Shown: positions 43,413 through 52,433, counted from the first letter of the stretch. The stretch: 64,000 nt of DNA from Methanomassiliicoccales archaeon (GCA_030593295.1 JAUVHO010000005.1:9827-73826); one strand, 5' to 3'. The notes: generated from the letters alone by a model not told the origin. Made by a program: numbers and translations.

Positions 43413-45096
43413 GCTTCTGCCAAGAGCTCTTCTCAGGTGTCTTCACCCATGTGAACGTCTTGCCGCACCTGAGGCATTCCCCATATCCTTCCTCGTGGAA
43501 CACCAGATCCCTCGACTTGCAGTTCCCGCATATCCCGGCCGTGGGTTTTTCGATCCCGCGTTTCTTCCTCTCGTTCATGATCTCCGGCAGCAGGTCCTCC
43601 ACGGCGTCCTGGGCGCTGGCCACGTATCGGGTCATCCTGACGAAATCGTGCTCCCTGATCGTCTCTTGTGCGACGTAAAGAAGTCTCCTGGCCTTGGCGA
43701 TGTTAAGCCTGTAGGAGTCAGCCTCCGATATGACGCTGTCCAGGTTCTCGATCTGGTCCTTGGCTTCGTTGATCTGTTTCTCCCTGATGTCCATCGCCTG
43801 CTGGATCTGGTCGTGCTGGACCTCGCTGGCCCTTGCCTCCGCTCTGCCCGCGAGCTCCGCACAGAGAATGTAATCGTCATTGTCCATCGCGATCTGGGCC
43901 TGCATGAGCATCTTCTCTCCGTCGCTCACGTCCGCGCCCAGGTGCTTGGCCTCCTCTATGAGATCCTGAGTCCTGGGGATCATCTCCTGGATCTCGTATA
44001 TCCTCTTCTCTTTGGCCTCCAGAGCGACCTCCTTGGACCTGACCATCAACCTCGCAGAGTCCACGTTGTCGTTCCTTCTGGCGGCCTCTCTTGCCCTTTG
44101 GAGAAGGTCCCTGGCAACTGTTAGATCCGCTCCCAGGTTGGATATCTCCGCCAAGAACTCTCCCGTGGTGTAAAGCGAATCACGTATCTTCTTGATCTCC
44201 CTGGAATAGAGCGACCTTATGGCCACCGAGAGATCGTTCATGAGCTCTATGTCCTCGTCGAACCTGTTCTGCTTGTAAGCTTCCTTGGACCGCATCAGTA
44301 TGTTAACCGGCTCGCTGAAGTCCCTTCCGCTCTTCCTCATCCGGATTATCAACTTCTCGTTGGACATGATCTGGTATGCCAGTGCGAGCCTCATCAGATC
44401 CTGGAACCTGCTCTTCGCGACCCTTATGGCCTCGCCGGAAAGCTCCACCGCCTTGTCGAAGTTCTCCTCCTCGAACCTCATCCGCGCGAAGTCCAGCAGG
44501 TCCTCGACATCGTTGAAGTCCACATCGATGTTCCTCGCATCCACGAGCAATTGGTCGGCCGAGTCATCCTCCATGGAAGGTAGGGTCTCGGCTTCCTCGA
44601 TCGTCTCCTCGATTCCGACGCCGACCTCGATGAGCTCCTCCCGGATCCTGTCCAGGTCCGCCTCTCTTTCCTTGGCGTCCACCTCGTCCAGCAATAGTGC
44701 TATGTTCGCCCTTCTTGAAAGAACGTCCAGGTAGTCGCTCTTCCGCTTGCACATGGAGATGTCGATCTCGTACTTGCTAGCCATCTTCTTCAGTTCGGAG
44801 ACTTTGAATGCGGACAGGGCGTCCCGGATGTCATCCTCGTCAAAAGGGGGTTCGGCAGGTCCTCCGAAGACCTCAATCTCCTCGTCCTCAGGTGGCGGAG
44901 GGAGTTCCTCTTCGGGAGCTTCCTCTGGTGCTTTTTCCTCTTCCAGGAACTCCTCGATCTTCTTGTGGGAGGAGAGCTTCTCGACGATGTCCTTCTTGGT
45001 CCTCAAGCCCTTGATCCTCATCCTGTGATGCTTGGCGAAGGCTCTAAGCTCCTTAATCTTCATTTTGGATAGAACGTCTTTGACATCCTCCGCCAT
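43390..45096 (-). CDS. long helical/coiled-coil protein with two SAP/Rho_N-like motifs and a C-terminal zinc ribbon
   Basis: ORF 43390..45171, with the likely start at the ATG at 45096 (MAEDVKDVL). The SAP/Rho_N-like motifs are KIKELRAFAKHHRMRIKGLRTKKDIVEKL and KVSELKKMASKYEIDISMCKRKSDYLDVL. The C-terminal zinc ribbon is CGNCKSRDLVFHEEGYGECLRCGKTF. Confidence 0.5.
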   Translation of the reverse strand: MAEDVKDVLSKMKIKELRAFAKHHRMRIKGLRTKKDIVEKLSSHKKIEEFLEEEKAPEEAPEEELPPPPEDEEIEVFGGPAEPPFDEDDIRDALSAFKVSELKKMASKYEIDISMCKRKSDYLDVLSRRANIALLLDEVDAKEREADLDRIREELIEVGVGIEETIEEAETLPSMEDDSADQLLVDARNIDVDFNDVEDLLDFARMRFEEENFDKAVELSGEAIRVAKSRFQDLMRLALAYQIMSNEKLIIRMRKSGRDFSEPVNILMRSKEAYKQNRFDEDIELMNDLSVAIRSLYSREIKKIRDSLYTTGEFLAEISNLGADLTVARDLLQRAREAARRNDNVDSARLMVRSKEVALEAKEKRIYEIQEMIPRTQDLIEEAKHLGADVSDGEKMLMQAQIAMDNDDYILCAELAGRAEARASEVQHDQIQQAMDIREKQINEAKDQIENLDSVISEADSYRLNIAKARRLLYVAQETIREHDFVRMTRYVASAQDAVEDLLPEIMNERKKRGIEKPTAGICGNCKSRDLVFHEEGYGECLRCGKTFTWVKTPEKSSWQKLRSFFWE

Positions 45097-45177
45097 CAGT
45101 CCGACCTCCCCTGAACCAGATGCTCTCGGATTAAGACCTGGAGTAATAAATCTTTCGTCATTGACCCCCACAGACCG

Positions 45178-45525
45178 TCAGATCGTCTTGTCCATGAGGA
45201 CGCTGATCTCCTTCTCGAACATGCCAATGAGGTCCTTGGTCACTTCCTCTCTCAGATGCGGTGGAACGAGTTCCAGGCCGAGTTTGGCTCCGGCCTTTGC
45301 CATCTTCACCATTGCGGCCGCCTCCCTGATCTTGGCCTCCATCAGCTCCGCAACGGCGGCCTTCAGTTCTTCCTTGAGTTCGGGCCGTCCCTCGAGCTTC
45401 TCCCTGACGTACCGCTTGATCTCGTCCTTGATCATGTCCCTGACGGCTTCAACGAGAATGTCCTCTGCCTGCAGCAAACCCTGGGTCTGCTTCAGCGCCA
45501 GTCCAACTATACCTTCCTCTGCCAT
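45178..45525 (-). CDS. small all-helical hypothetical protein, co-oriented 6 nt upstream of the coiled-coil protein
   Basis: 115 aa, charged and helical (EDILVEAVRDMIKDEIKRYVREKLEGRPELKEELKAAVAELMEAKIREAAAM). Confidence 0.45.
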   Translation of the reverse strand: MAEEGIVGLALKQTQGLLQAEDILVEAVRDMIKDEIKRYVREKLEGRPELKEELKAAVAELMEAKIREAAAMVKMAKAGAKLGLELVPPHLREEVTKDLIGMFEKEISVLMDKTI

Positions 45526-45567
45526 TGTGGGAACAACCTGAAACTGACATAAAGAGTTTTTCCAAGG

Positions 45568-45759
45568 TTTCGGTTCAATCTGGAGGCGTCTGGCTTTGTA
45601 TGTGGGTTTCCAGCAGTTTTCGGTTACACCTGATACCGAAGAATGGGGATTACGTGTCCCGAAGTTCCTACTTTTCGGTTACACCTGATACCGAAAATTG
45701 GGGGGAATCAAGAGCGTGAATCGCGAGGACCCAGTACTTTCGGTGACCTCTCTGGTGCC
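45568..45759 (+). repeat. four copies of a TTTCGGT-initiated element, two near-identical with an internal dyad and a 3' G-string
   Basis: Copy positions: 45568 (tttcggttcaatctgga), 45617-45648 (ttttcggttacacctgataccgaagaatgggg), 45672-45705 (ttttcggttacacctgataccgaaaattgggggg) and 45738-45759 (tttcggtgacctctctggtgcc). The dyad is TTCGGT-N10-ACCGAA. Confidence 0.75.
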
Positions 45760-45770
45760 CCCTTATATGG

Positions 45771-46121
45771 TTGTACAACAGACTAAAAGCCATCAGAAAA
45801 GTGGAGGGGTGTATAATCGACAGCCACGAATCTATCGATATCGGAGGCTTCCAAGAAGCCACAATCGTATCCTTCGATATTCCGAGCAAAGAAAGGGCAA
45901 GCAGAATAGCAGTCCAGAGACTTCTCAAGGGTCGCAGAGATACCAAGAGAGTGAATGGGGAGGCCGTGACATACAGCTATCCAGGAATGCTTGACGAAGG
46001 AGGACTCAGACTGGGACAATCGGTATTCCTATTTCCAGCCGACCTTGCATCCAGGCTGATTGTGAAGCTTAGAGAACTCAAAATAAGCCATCGATATTGG
46101 GATGTAATGATGAAAGATTGA
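45771..46121 (+). CDS. small hypothetical protein with a Cas2-like beta-alpha-beta-beta-alpha pattern (weak call)
   Basis: TTG start at 45771, with CTTATATGG at 45762-45770 just upstream. TIVSFDIPSKERASRIAVQRLLKG...GLRLGQSVFLFPADLASRLIVKLRE resembles the Cas2/PaaX-C layout but has a ~25-aa insert. Confidence 0.35.
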   Translation: MYNRLKAIRKVEGCIIDSHESIDIGGFQEATIVSFDIPSKERASRIAVQRLLKGRRDTKRVNGEAVTYSYPGMLDEGGLRLGQSVFLFPADLASRLIVKLRELKISHRYWDVMMKD

Positions 46122-46194
46122 CAGTTATGTCTGGCCATAGGCTTTCCGCGAACATTCCAAAATCCTAAATATCCACCAGTCATTTGCAGTTAGC

Positions 46195-47148
46195 ATGAAG
46201 CTCAAAGCGATCTACGATATGGTTTTGAAGTTGGGTGTGGAGGCGGACCCCCGGGGAAGGGCCTACGTGAAGAAGGAACTCAAGAAGGAGGATGAGGCTT
46301 ACAAGAAGTTGAAGGGGGACGAGAAGAAAGAGTTCGACAAGGAGAGGTTGATCAATCCTTACGCGGACACCAGGATGCTCTACGGAGGGGCGAACAGGGA
46401 GATAAAGAGGGCTCTCGTCGGCATAGACATGACGACGGGTGAAGTGGTCCTTGCGGACAGGCTTGGAGAGAAGGGCAAGAAGATCGACCTGATCATTGGA
46501 CATCACCCAAGAGGAAGGGCGCTGGCGGAGCTTCACGACGTCATGCATCTCCAGGAGGAGACCCTCAGAGGTCTCGGCGTTCCCATCAACGTCGCGGAGG
46601 GAGTAATGGCCAAGCGGATAGGCGAGGTGCAGAGGAGGCTGATGCCTGTAAATCACATGCAGGTCGTGGACGCTTCCAGGTTACTTGACATTCCAATAAT
46701 GTGCACGCACTCGCCCGCGGACAACATCGGCTGGAAGTTCGTGCAGAAACTGATGGACAGGAAGAAGCCTGAGACGGTCGGAGATGTCATCAAGTTCCTG
46801 AAGGAGGTGCCCGAGTATGCGGAGGGAGTGAAGAACGGCTCAGGACCCAACGTCGTTGCGGGCGGCAAGAAGAACAAAGCTGGTAAGATCATCGTCAAGT
46901 TCACCGGAGGGACCTCGCCTGGCAAAGAGGTGTACAAAGAACAATCGGAGGCGGGTGTGGGTACCATAGTGGGTATGCACGTTCCCGAGGAGCATCTGGA
47001 AGAGGTGAAGAAGTACCACATCAACTTCGTCGTCGCCGGACACATGGCGTCCGATTCGGTCGGGATGAACAAGATATGCGACGAGCTCGAGAAGAAAGGC
47101 GTCGAAGTGATACCCTGCTCCGGTTTCATCAGGGTGAAGAGGAAGTAG
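46195..47148 (+). CDS. NIF3-family (GTP cyclohydrolase 1 type 2 homologue / DUF34) protein
   Basis: Motifs seen: INPYADTRMLYG, KIDLIIGHHPRG, FVVAGHMASDSVG. Confidence 0.6.
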   Translation: MKLKAIYDMVLKLGVEADPRGRAYVKKELKKEDEAYKKLKGDEKKEFDKERLINPYADTRMLYGGANREIKRALVGIDMTTGEVVLADRLGEKGKKIDLIIGHHPRGRALAELHDVMHLQEETLRGLGVPINVAEGVMAKRIGEVQRRLMPVNHMQVVDASRLLDIPIMCTHSPADNIGWKFVQKLMDRKKPETVGDVIKFLKEVPEYAEGVKNGSGPNVVAGGKKNKAGKIIVKFTGGTSPGKEVYKEQSEAGVGTIVGMHVPEEHLEEVKKYHINFVVAGHMASDSVGMNKICDELEKKGVEVIPCSGFIRVKRK

Positions 47149-47252
47149 GTCATTGGATATGGGGCGCATTATCTGACACGGCCAGAGGCCCATTCTCCAC
47201 CCAAGTGGGATTCCAAAGGCTTTAAGATTCTAGAACAGCATTCGCCCTCATC

Positions 47253-48410
47253 ATGGGAGTCACTGTGTTCAAGGACTTCAGAAAGCTTTCTTTCGATTGG
47301 GTTCCCAAGGAGCTCAAGCACCGTGAAGCCCAGATGAAACGGCTAATGACGCTGTTCCGTCCAGTCGTGGACTCCAACGTCTCCCAGAACGTGTCGATCA
47401 AGGGCGCCGTAGGAACAGGCAAGACCCATCTTTCCAAGCTCTTTTCGGCCAATTTCGAGAAGCTGGCGCAGGAGAAGGGGAAGTATGTCGAGCACGTGCT
47501 GGTGAACTGCAGGCAGTATTACTCGGAGGACATGGTCCTTCTCAAGGTCCTGTCCAAGTTCCAGCCCCATTTCCCCGACCGGGGTTTTTCGGTCCCGGAG
47601 AAGACAGAGATCCTGAGGAAGGAGCTGAACAAGACCAAGTGCCATTTGCTGGTGATACTGGACGAGGCCGATGTATTGTTGAAGAGGAGCGGCTCCGATC
47701 TTGTATACACGTTCACCAGATTCGATGAGGAGGTCCCTGGAACGAAGGCTTCACTGTCGCTGATCCTGATCTCGCAGCAAGACGTCTTCCGGTTGATGGA
47801 TTCGGCATCGGTTTCCACCTTCAAGAGAACGAACGTCATAACTCTGGACAAGTACGGCAGGGATGAGCTGAAGGACATCATCACGGACAGGGTGGACCTG
47901 GCCTTTCACCCCGGAACCGTGCAGGAAGATTCGACGGATCTGATAGCCGACATTGCATCTGAAGGAGGGGACGCTAGATTTGCGATCGAGCTCCTGGCCA
48001 ACGCGGGAATGCTGACTGATGAGCAGGGCACGGAAGAGGTGACCCCCGAACACGTGAGGTTCGCGAAGGCCGAGACCTTCCGCACGATAACCGAAGAAAA
48101 GCTGGCGGAGCTGGACAAGAGCAAGAAGATGACACTGCTGGCCATAGCAAGAAAGGTGAAGAAGAGCGCCTACATCAACACCGGGGAGGCGGAGAATTCG
48201 TACGCGGTCGTCTGTGAGGAGTTCGGCGAGAAGCAGAGAGGGCACACCCAGTTCTGGAAGTACATCAAGGACCTGGACGCGTTGGGGTTCATAGACACCA
48301 AGATATCGGGAGAGGGTGTGGTCGGTAAGACGACGCTCATATCACTATCAGAGATACCTGCGGGACAGCTGGAGGAGATATTGGCGAAGGAGATCGGAGG
48401 GAGCGAGTAG
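47253..48410 (+). CDS. cdc6: Orc1/Cdc6 replication initiator
   Basis: LSFDWVPKELKHREAQMKRL, Walker A (GAVGTGKTH), Walker B (LLVILDEAD), and a C-terminal winged helix (KYIKDLDALGFIDT). Confidence 0.9.
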   Translation: MGVTVFKDFRKLSFDWVPKELKHREAQMKRLMTLFRPVVDSNVSQNVSIKGAVGTGKTHLSKLFSANFEKLAQEKGKYVEHVLVNCRQYYSEDMVLLKVLSKFQPHFPDRGFSVPEKTEILRKELNKTKCHLLVILDEADVLLKRSGSDLVYTFTRFDEEVPGTKASLSLILISQQDVFRLMDSASVSTFKRTNVITLDKYGRDELKDIITDRVDLAFHPGTVQEDSTDLIADIASEGGDARFAIELLANAGMLTDEQGTEEVTPEHVRFAKAETFRTITEEKLAELDKSKKMTLLAIARKVKKSAYINTGEAENSYAVVCEEFGEKQRGHTQFWKYIKDLDALGFIDTKISGEGVVGKTTLISLSEIPAGQLEEILAKEIGGSE

Positions 48411-48450
48411 TTTGCCCAAAGGAGGTTCACCGTTGGAGTTGGAAGCCGGG

Positions 48451-48942
48451 ATGTCCTACATGATCAAGGAGAAGGACTCTGAGCTCAGCTACCGCCTCTT
48501 GGAGAGGAACGTCAAGAAGGCGAAGCCGGGTATCCTGATCAGCCGACAGCACCCTTCAAGGCTCAAGGAGAGGTTCAAGAACACCAGGTTCGTGTGGATA
48601 AGCCAGACGCCGGGAAAGGACTACTACGAGCCCACGGCCCTGAACTCTCTGGCGAAACTTGTTTGTCAATTCATTGAAGAGAAGGAGAAGTGCCTTGTCC
48701 TGCTGGACTGCTTTGAGTTCCTGACCATCCATAACGAGTTCGAGCACGCTTTCAAGACCATGGAATTGATCAACGAGTTCGTGATGCAGAGGGAGGCGGT
48801 CTTTATCATGCCGATCGACCCGGAGGCGATGGAGCCCAAGCAGGTATCGCTTCTGGAGAAGGGGATGGAAGTTGTCGAGTCGGAGAAGGCGAAGGCTTCC
48901 ATGGTGGAGGATGATTTGGCAAATCTGATGGAGAAGTACTGA
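48451..48942 (+). CDS. DUF835-family protein
   Basis: ORF 48316..48942 overlaps orc1. The start is more likely the ATG at 48451 (MSYMIKEK) or the TTG at 48433, behind GGAGGT. PGILISRQHP...FVWISQ...LVLLDCFEFLTIHNEF fits the DUF835 pattern. Confidence 0.55.
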   Translation: MSYMIKEKDSELSYRLLERNVKKAKPGILISRQHPSRLKERFKNTRFVWISQTPGKDYYEPTALNSLAKLVCQFIEEKEKCLVLLDCFEFLTIHNEFEHAFKTMELINEFVMQREAVFIMPIDPEAMEPKQVSLLEKGMEVVESEKAKASMVEDDLANLMEKY

Positions 48943-48983
48943 TATATTCCGTAATGTGCTAGAAACGGCAATGGAGGGAGTAA

Positions 48984-49862
48984 ATGGCAAGCAGAAAGAA
49001 GACATTCGCAGTTGCACTGGTCATAGTCATTGTTCTTACAGGAACAATCTCTGCTGCATACCTGCTGCTGCGTGGCGAGGGCGCAGAAATGAGTATGTCC
49101 GAGTACTATAAGCATCCCGAACAGGGTTACTATGAATATAATGGAGAGTTCAGAGAGGGTGTTACCTTCTCAATAAAGGACAGAGTATTGGGTACATACA
49201 CAATGAACTTCCCAACGCTGATTCTTGAACCCAATCAAACAGAAGTCGGCTTCGACCTAGGCAACTCGACGACATTGACCTTAGTTGCCTTTGAAAGCAT
49301 GGAAACGGATGTCGTATTCCCTGGTAATGCTACAGATAGGTTCCCAATAGGAGAAGAAGTGGAGTTCAAACTAGAGGCTCAGGAGTACTTTAGACCGTGG
49401 GCAGATGGAGGAAACGGTTCTTACGCAATCCTTGTCGAACCTGCATACGGACTTGAGCTATTTGATCAGTACTTCTTTGCATGGACAATGAACTACTACA
49501 CAATCGTTCACTTTGATGTAGAACTGATAAACGACTCGTGGCTCAGGCTTGAAGTCAAGGAGATAGGTGATGTTTTTCCGATGCCCTTCACTTGGAGGAA
49601 CGTCACTGCAATAATGTGCCTGACGCTGTCATGCCAGGAAACTCTTACGCAACCTGATGTGAGCGTATGGGATGCAAATGACATTCTTTTGATGATGCTC
49701 GATTCCGACTACCATAACCCGCTTATTGATTATGAGATAGAGACGGGTCAGTACGTTCTCATCGAGTATGATCCAGGGTATTCAGGCAATGAATTTCTGT
49801 TTAGGGTTCAGATTAATGAGACCTGGCGTAAGTTTCCATGGGGTCATGTGAAAATCCCATGA
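48984..49862 (+). CDS. N-terminally anchored extracellular hypothetical protein
   Basis: 292 aa, TM anchor FAVALVIVIVLTGTISAAYLLL. I recognised no family. Confidence 0.45.
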   Translation: MASRKKTFAVALVIVIVLTGTISAAYLLLRGEGAEMSMSEYYKHPEQGYYEYNGEFREGVTFSIKDRVLGTYTMNFPTLILEPNQTEVGFDLGNSTTLTLVAFESMETDVVFPGNATDRFPIGEEVEFKLEAQEYFRPWADGGNGSYAILVEPAYGLELFDQYFFAWTMNYYTIVHFDVELINDSWLRLEVKEIGDVFPMPFTWRNVTAIMCLTLSCQETLTQPDVSVWDANDILLMMLDSDYHNPLIDYEIETGQYVLIEYDPGYSGNEFLFRVQINETWRKFPWGHVKIP

Positions 49863-49912
49863 TATGTCGCCTCAGGCAAATCGTTATCTCTCAACCCTCG
49901 TTTCCCCGTTGA

Positions 49913-50620
49913 ATGGACAGGAGGGTCATGCTTGTCATCGTCACGATTCTATCGTTCGTCGGTGTCCTGGGTCTCTATTTCTATTCGTGTTCGGTCCAGC
50001 CAATTCAGATTCAAATCGGAGATGTTGGCTTTGGAGACATCGGCAGCGTGGTGAAGACACGCGGTCACATTATGGAGCTTTACCAGACAAGCGCTGGTGA
50101 TGTCATGCTTGAGATGGCGGATCTTGATGATGGGGCTTCCATAACAGTCTACATTCCAGAGAATGTGTTCTCCAATCTTGGCAACAGTGAGTTAATCCCC
50201 GGTGCTGAAATCGAGGTCGTTGGCGAAGTCCAAGAGTATCAGGGCGAGATGGAGTTGGTGGTTGATTCTGAAGACGACATAAGGATAGTTCAATCTCCAG
50301 ATGACGCCGAACTGACCATCGAGATGCTGGCTGAGAATCCGGAGTTGTTCTTGGATAGAGATGTGAGCGTTCCGGGGCAGATACTGAACATAAAGAGTGA
50401 GAGAATATGGGAGAAGGGCAAACTAGTGGACGCCACCACCTTCCAGCTTCGTTATTCCGGGAAATACCTGAACTACACCATGGACTGCGTTCTTCTTGGC
50501 ACGGACGTCAGCAACGATTTCTATCAGGGCCAGCTGGTCCGTTTCACTGGTACCTTCGAGTATTACGAAAAGGAATCAAAATACAGGATCGTGTCGGATG
50601 AGATCACACTTCATTCGTGA
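49913..50620 (+). CDS. N-terminally anchored OB-fold-like protein
   Basis: TM anchor VMLVIVTILSFVGVLGLYF, then VVKTRGHIMELYQTSAGDVMLEMADLDDGASITVYIP and IEVVGEVQEYQGEMELVV, which fit a tRNA_anti-like OB pattern. Confidence 0.45.
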   Translation: MDRRVMLVIVTILSFVGVLGLYFYSCSVQPIQIQIGDVGFGDIGSVVKTRGHIMELYQTSAGDVMLEMADLDDGASITVYIPENVFSNLGNSELIPGAEIEVVGEVQEYQGEMELVVDSEDDIRIVQSPDDAELTIEMLAENPELFLDRDVSVPGQILNIKSERIWEKGKLVDATTFQLRYSGKYLNYTMDCVLLGTDVSNDFYQGQLVRFTGTFEYYEKESKYRIVSDEITLHS

Positions 50621-51948
50621 GATCCAAGTTGCCCCTCGACGATCGAATCAACGCTCTCCAGGAACTTGTCTTCCTTCCCCTTCGGTATGGTTGCCCCTGA
50701 AGCCACCGCGTGTCCACCGCCGCTCCCGTCCAACGACCCTGCAGCAACTTTGAACGCCTCGGCCAGATCGAGTCCCTTACTAACAAGATACCGTGTCCCG
50801 CGACCTGAGATCCTGGTCTGCTTCTCCTGGACCGACAGCGCAATCGTGGGCTTCTCCTGGTTGAACAGGTACTGCATCCCAACGCCTGCCCAGGTACCCG
50901 AATAAGATGCATTCTCGGTGTAAAAGAACTGTATCGAATCCTTCTCGTAGACGCCTTCCTTCTCCAGCTTCACCAGGCCTTCCATCATGCCAGAAAGGTA
51001 TTCTTCCCTGAGCTTCCGCGCCTCCTCAAAGGCCTCCTTGTCCCCCATGCACAGAGACAGCCCGGTGCCCAGATGCCCGGTCCTTCCGCACGCGTTCATG
51101 AAACTTCCCAGATCGGACGCGTAAACATCCAGTGCCTCGATCAGATGCCTGTCCTCTGTAAGTTCAGCAACGGTTTCCGGTCGTGCGCCCTGCTTCATCA
51201 GCTGAAGTGTGAGATATGATATGAGGCCCCTCTTCACCCCGCCGTCCAGACCCTTGAGCTTGGTCGATGGTTCCAGTCCCAGCTTCTTCACCAGCTTGGC
51301 TATCGAGCTCTTCCTCCCGGATATGCCTTTGAAGAACGGGAATATCGTTCTCTGAAGACCTTCCTCCAGGGTGTCACCGATGAGGGCCAGTTGTTTCTCC
51401 ACCTTGATGAACTTCCTTTCGACGCCTTCGTTCAGGACGATCTCGTTCAAACCGGAGAACGCTGGAACCTGCTGCCGGTCGGAGATCGCTCCTGAAAGAG
51501 CATAACCGCAAAGGTCCCAGTTGGATTCGTCCATCGCCACTGCGAATAGAAACGACACGGTGGAAGCGCTTCCCTGGGTGGATCCGTCAAGACCGAAAAG
51601 ATGAGGGTTGATCTGAACGACCGAATCGGACTCCCTTATGATGGTATGATGGTCCAGCACGACCACGTCGCCCTTCAACCGCTCCATAAGTTCGATCTGC
51701 CCGCTGCCCATGTCCGCGATGATCAAGCACTCGGGGTTCTCCTCCTTCACCTTCTCGAAGAACTCCGGGTCGAGGCTCCTTGTGAGCGTTGCGTGGAATC
51801 TCTTGCCTTTCCTCAACAGCGCGTTGCATATGATCCCGGCAGCAGAGATACCGTCCGCGTCATAGTGCGAGATGACCCTTACCCAAGAATGCTTCTCAAC
51901 AACGGCGACGGCTTCCTCAAGCCTCTTCAAAAGATCGTCAGAAATCAA
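50611..51948 (-). CDS. DHH/DHHA1 phosphoesterase, archaeal RecJ/Cdc45-like (GAN-type)
   Basis: Motif I (VISHYDADGISAAGI), motif II (LIIADMG), motif III (VVVLDHH), motif IV (GGGHAVASGATI). It lies directly downstream of rps15. Confidence 0.8.
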   Translation of the reverse strand: MISDDLLKRLEEAVAVVEKHSWVRVISHYDADGISAAGIICNALLRKGKRFHATLTRSLDPEFFEKVKEENPECLIIADMGSGQIELMERLKGDVVVLDHHTIIRESDSVVQINPHLFGLDGSTQGSASTVSFLFAVAMDESNWDLCGYALSGAISDRQQVPAFSGLNEIVLNEGVERKFIKVEKQLALIGDTLEEGLQRTIFPFFKGISGRKSSIAKLVKKLGLEPSTKLKGLDGGVKRGLISYLTLQLMKQGARPETVAELTEDRHLIEALDVYASDLGSFMNACGRTGHLGTGLSLCMGDKEAFEEARKLREEYLSGMMEGLVKLEKEGVYEKDSIQFFYTENASYSGTWAGVGMQYLFNQEKPTIALSVQEKQTRISGRGTRYLVSKGLDLAEAFKVAAGSLDGSGGGHAVASGATIPKGKEDKFLESVDSIVEGQLGSHE

Positions 51949-51977
51949 TTCAGAAAGACCCGCTGGCAGGCGACCAC

Positions 51978-52433
51978 CTATTTGATCTCGAGCTCGGCGC
52001 TCGCAGGACTGTAGTTCCAGTCTTCCGGCAGGACGCCGTTCCTCTTGTAGTATTTCGCCAACCGCCTGATCTTGGCCTCGGTGAGATGCACGCTCCTGAG
52101 GTTGTGCAGGTCCCTTGGATTGTCCTTAAGGTGGGAGTACATGTCAATCGCCTTCTTCATCAGGTTGGTCATGTCCTCAGGGAACTTCGATTGGATGTCG
52201 TTCTCTCTCAGAATGGTGGTGACTGATTTGCCCGTTGCCAACTTGACGTTCGGGATTGCGTACTGGTCCCTGAGCCTCAGGCCTATCATCGCCGATGTGT
52301 TGCCCTCGTTGTGCAGTTCCAGAACCAGCTTCTCGATCTCCTTCGGTTTCTGGGTGACCCATTTTGGATTCTCTGTCACATAGGGCTTCGTTGAGGACGA
52401 CTTCCCCTTCTTACGTGCATGCATTCTGGCCAT
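51978..52433 (-). CDS. rps15: 30S ribosomal protein uS15 (S15P/S13e)
   Basis: ORF 51978..52457, starting at the ATG at 52433 (MARMHARKKGKSSSTKPY), with a LHNLRSVHLTEAKIRRLAKYYK C-terminal region. Confidence 0.9.
   Translation of the reverse strand: MARMHARKKGKSSSTKPYVTENPKWVTQKPKEIEKLVLELHNEGNTSAMIGLRLRDQYAIPNVKLATGKSVTTILRENDIQSKFPEDMTNLMKKAIDMYSHLKDNPRDLHNLRSVHLTEAKIRRLAKYYKRNGVLPEDWNYSPASAELEIK

Noticed and set aside
45617-45705. Possible degenerate CRISPR array (two 32-nt near-identical repeats next to a Cas2-like ORF)
   Set aside because: There are only two good units, and the intervening spacer is about 23 nt (55-bp period), well below normal CRISPR spacing. The flanking copies are degenerate, and there is no cas1 or other cas genes in the window. 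I treated it as an ORB-like or operator repeat instead.
48316-48450. Arg-rich N-terminal extension of the DUF835 ORF, overlapping orc1 by 95 nt
   Set aside because: The translation (WSVRRRSYHYQRYLRDSWRRYWRRRS) is an out-of-frame shadow of the orc1 3' end. A GGAGGT site precedes downstream starts at 48433 and 48451.
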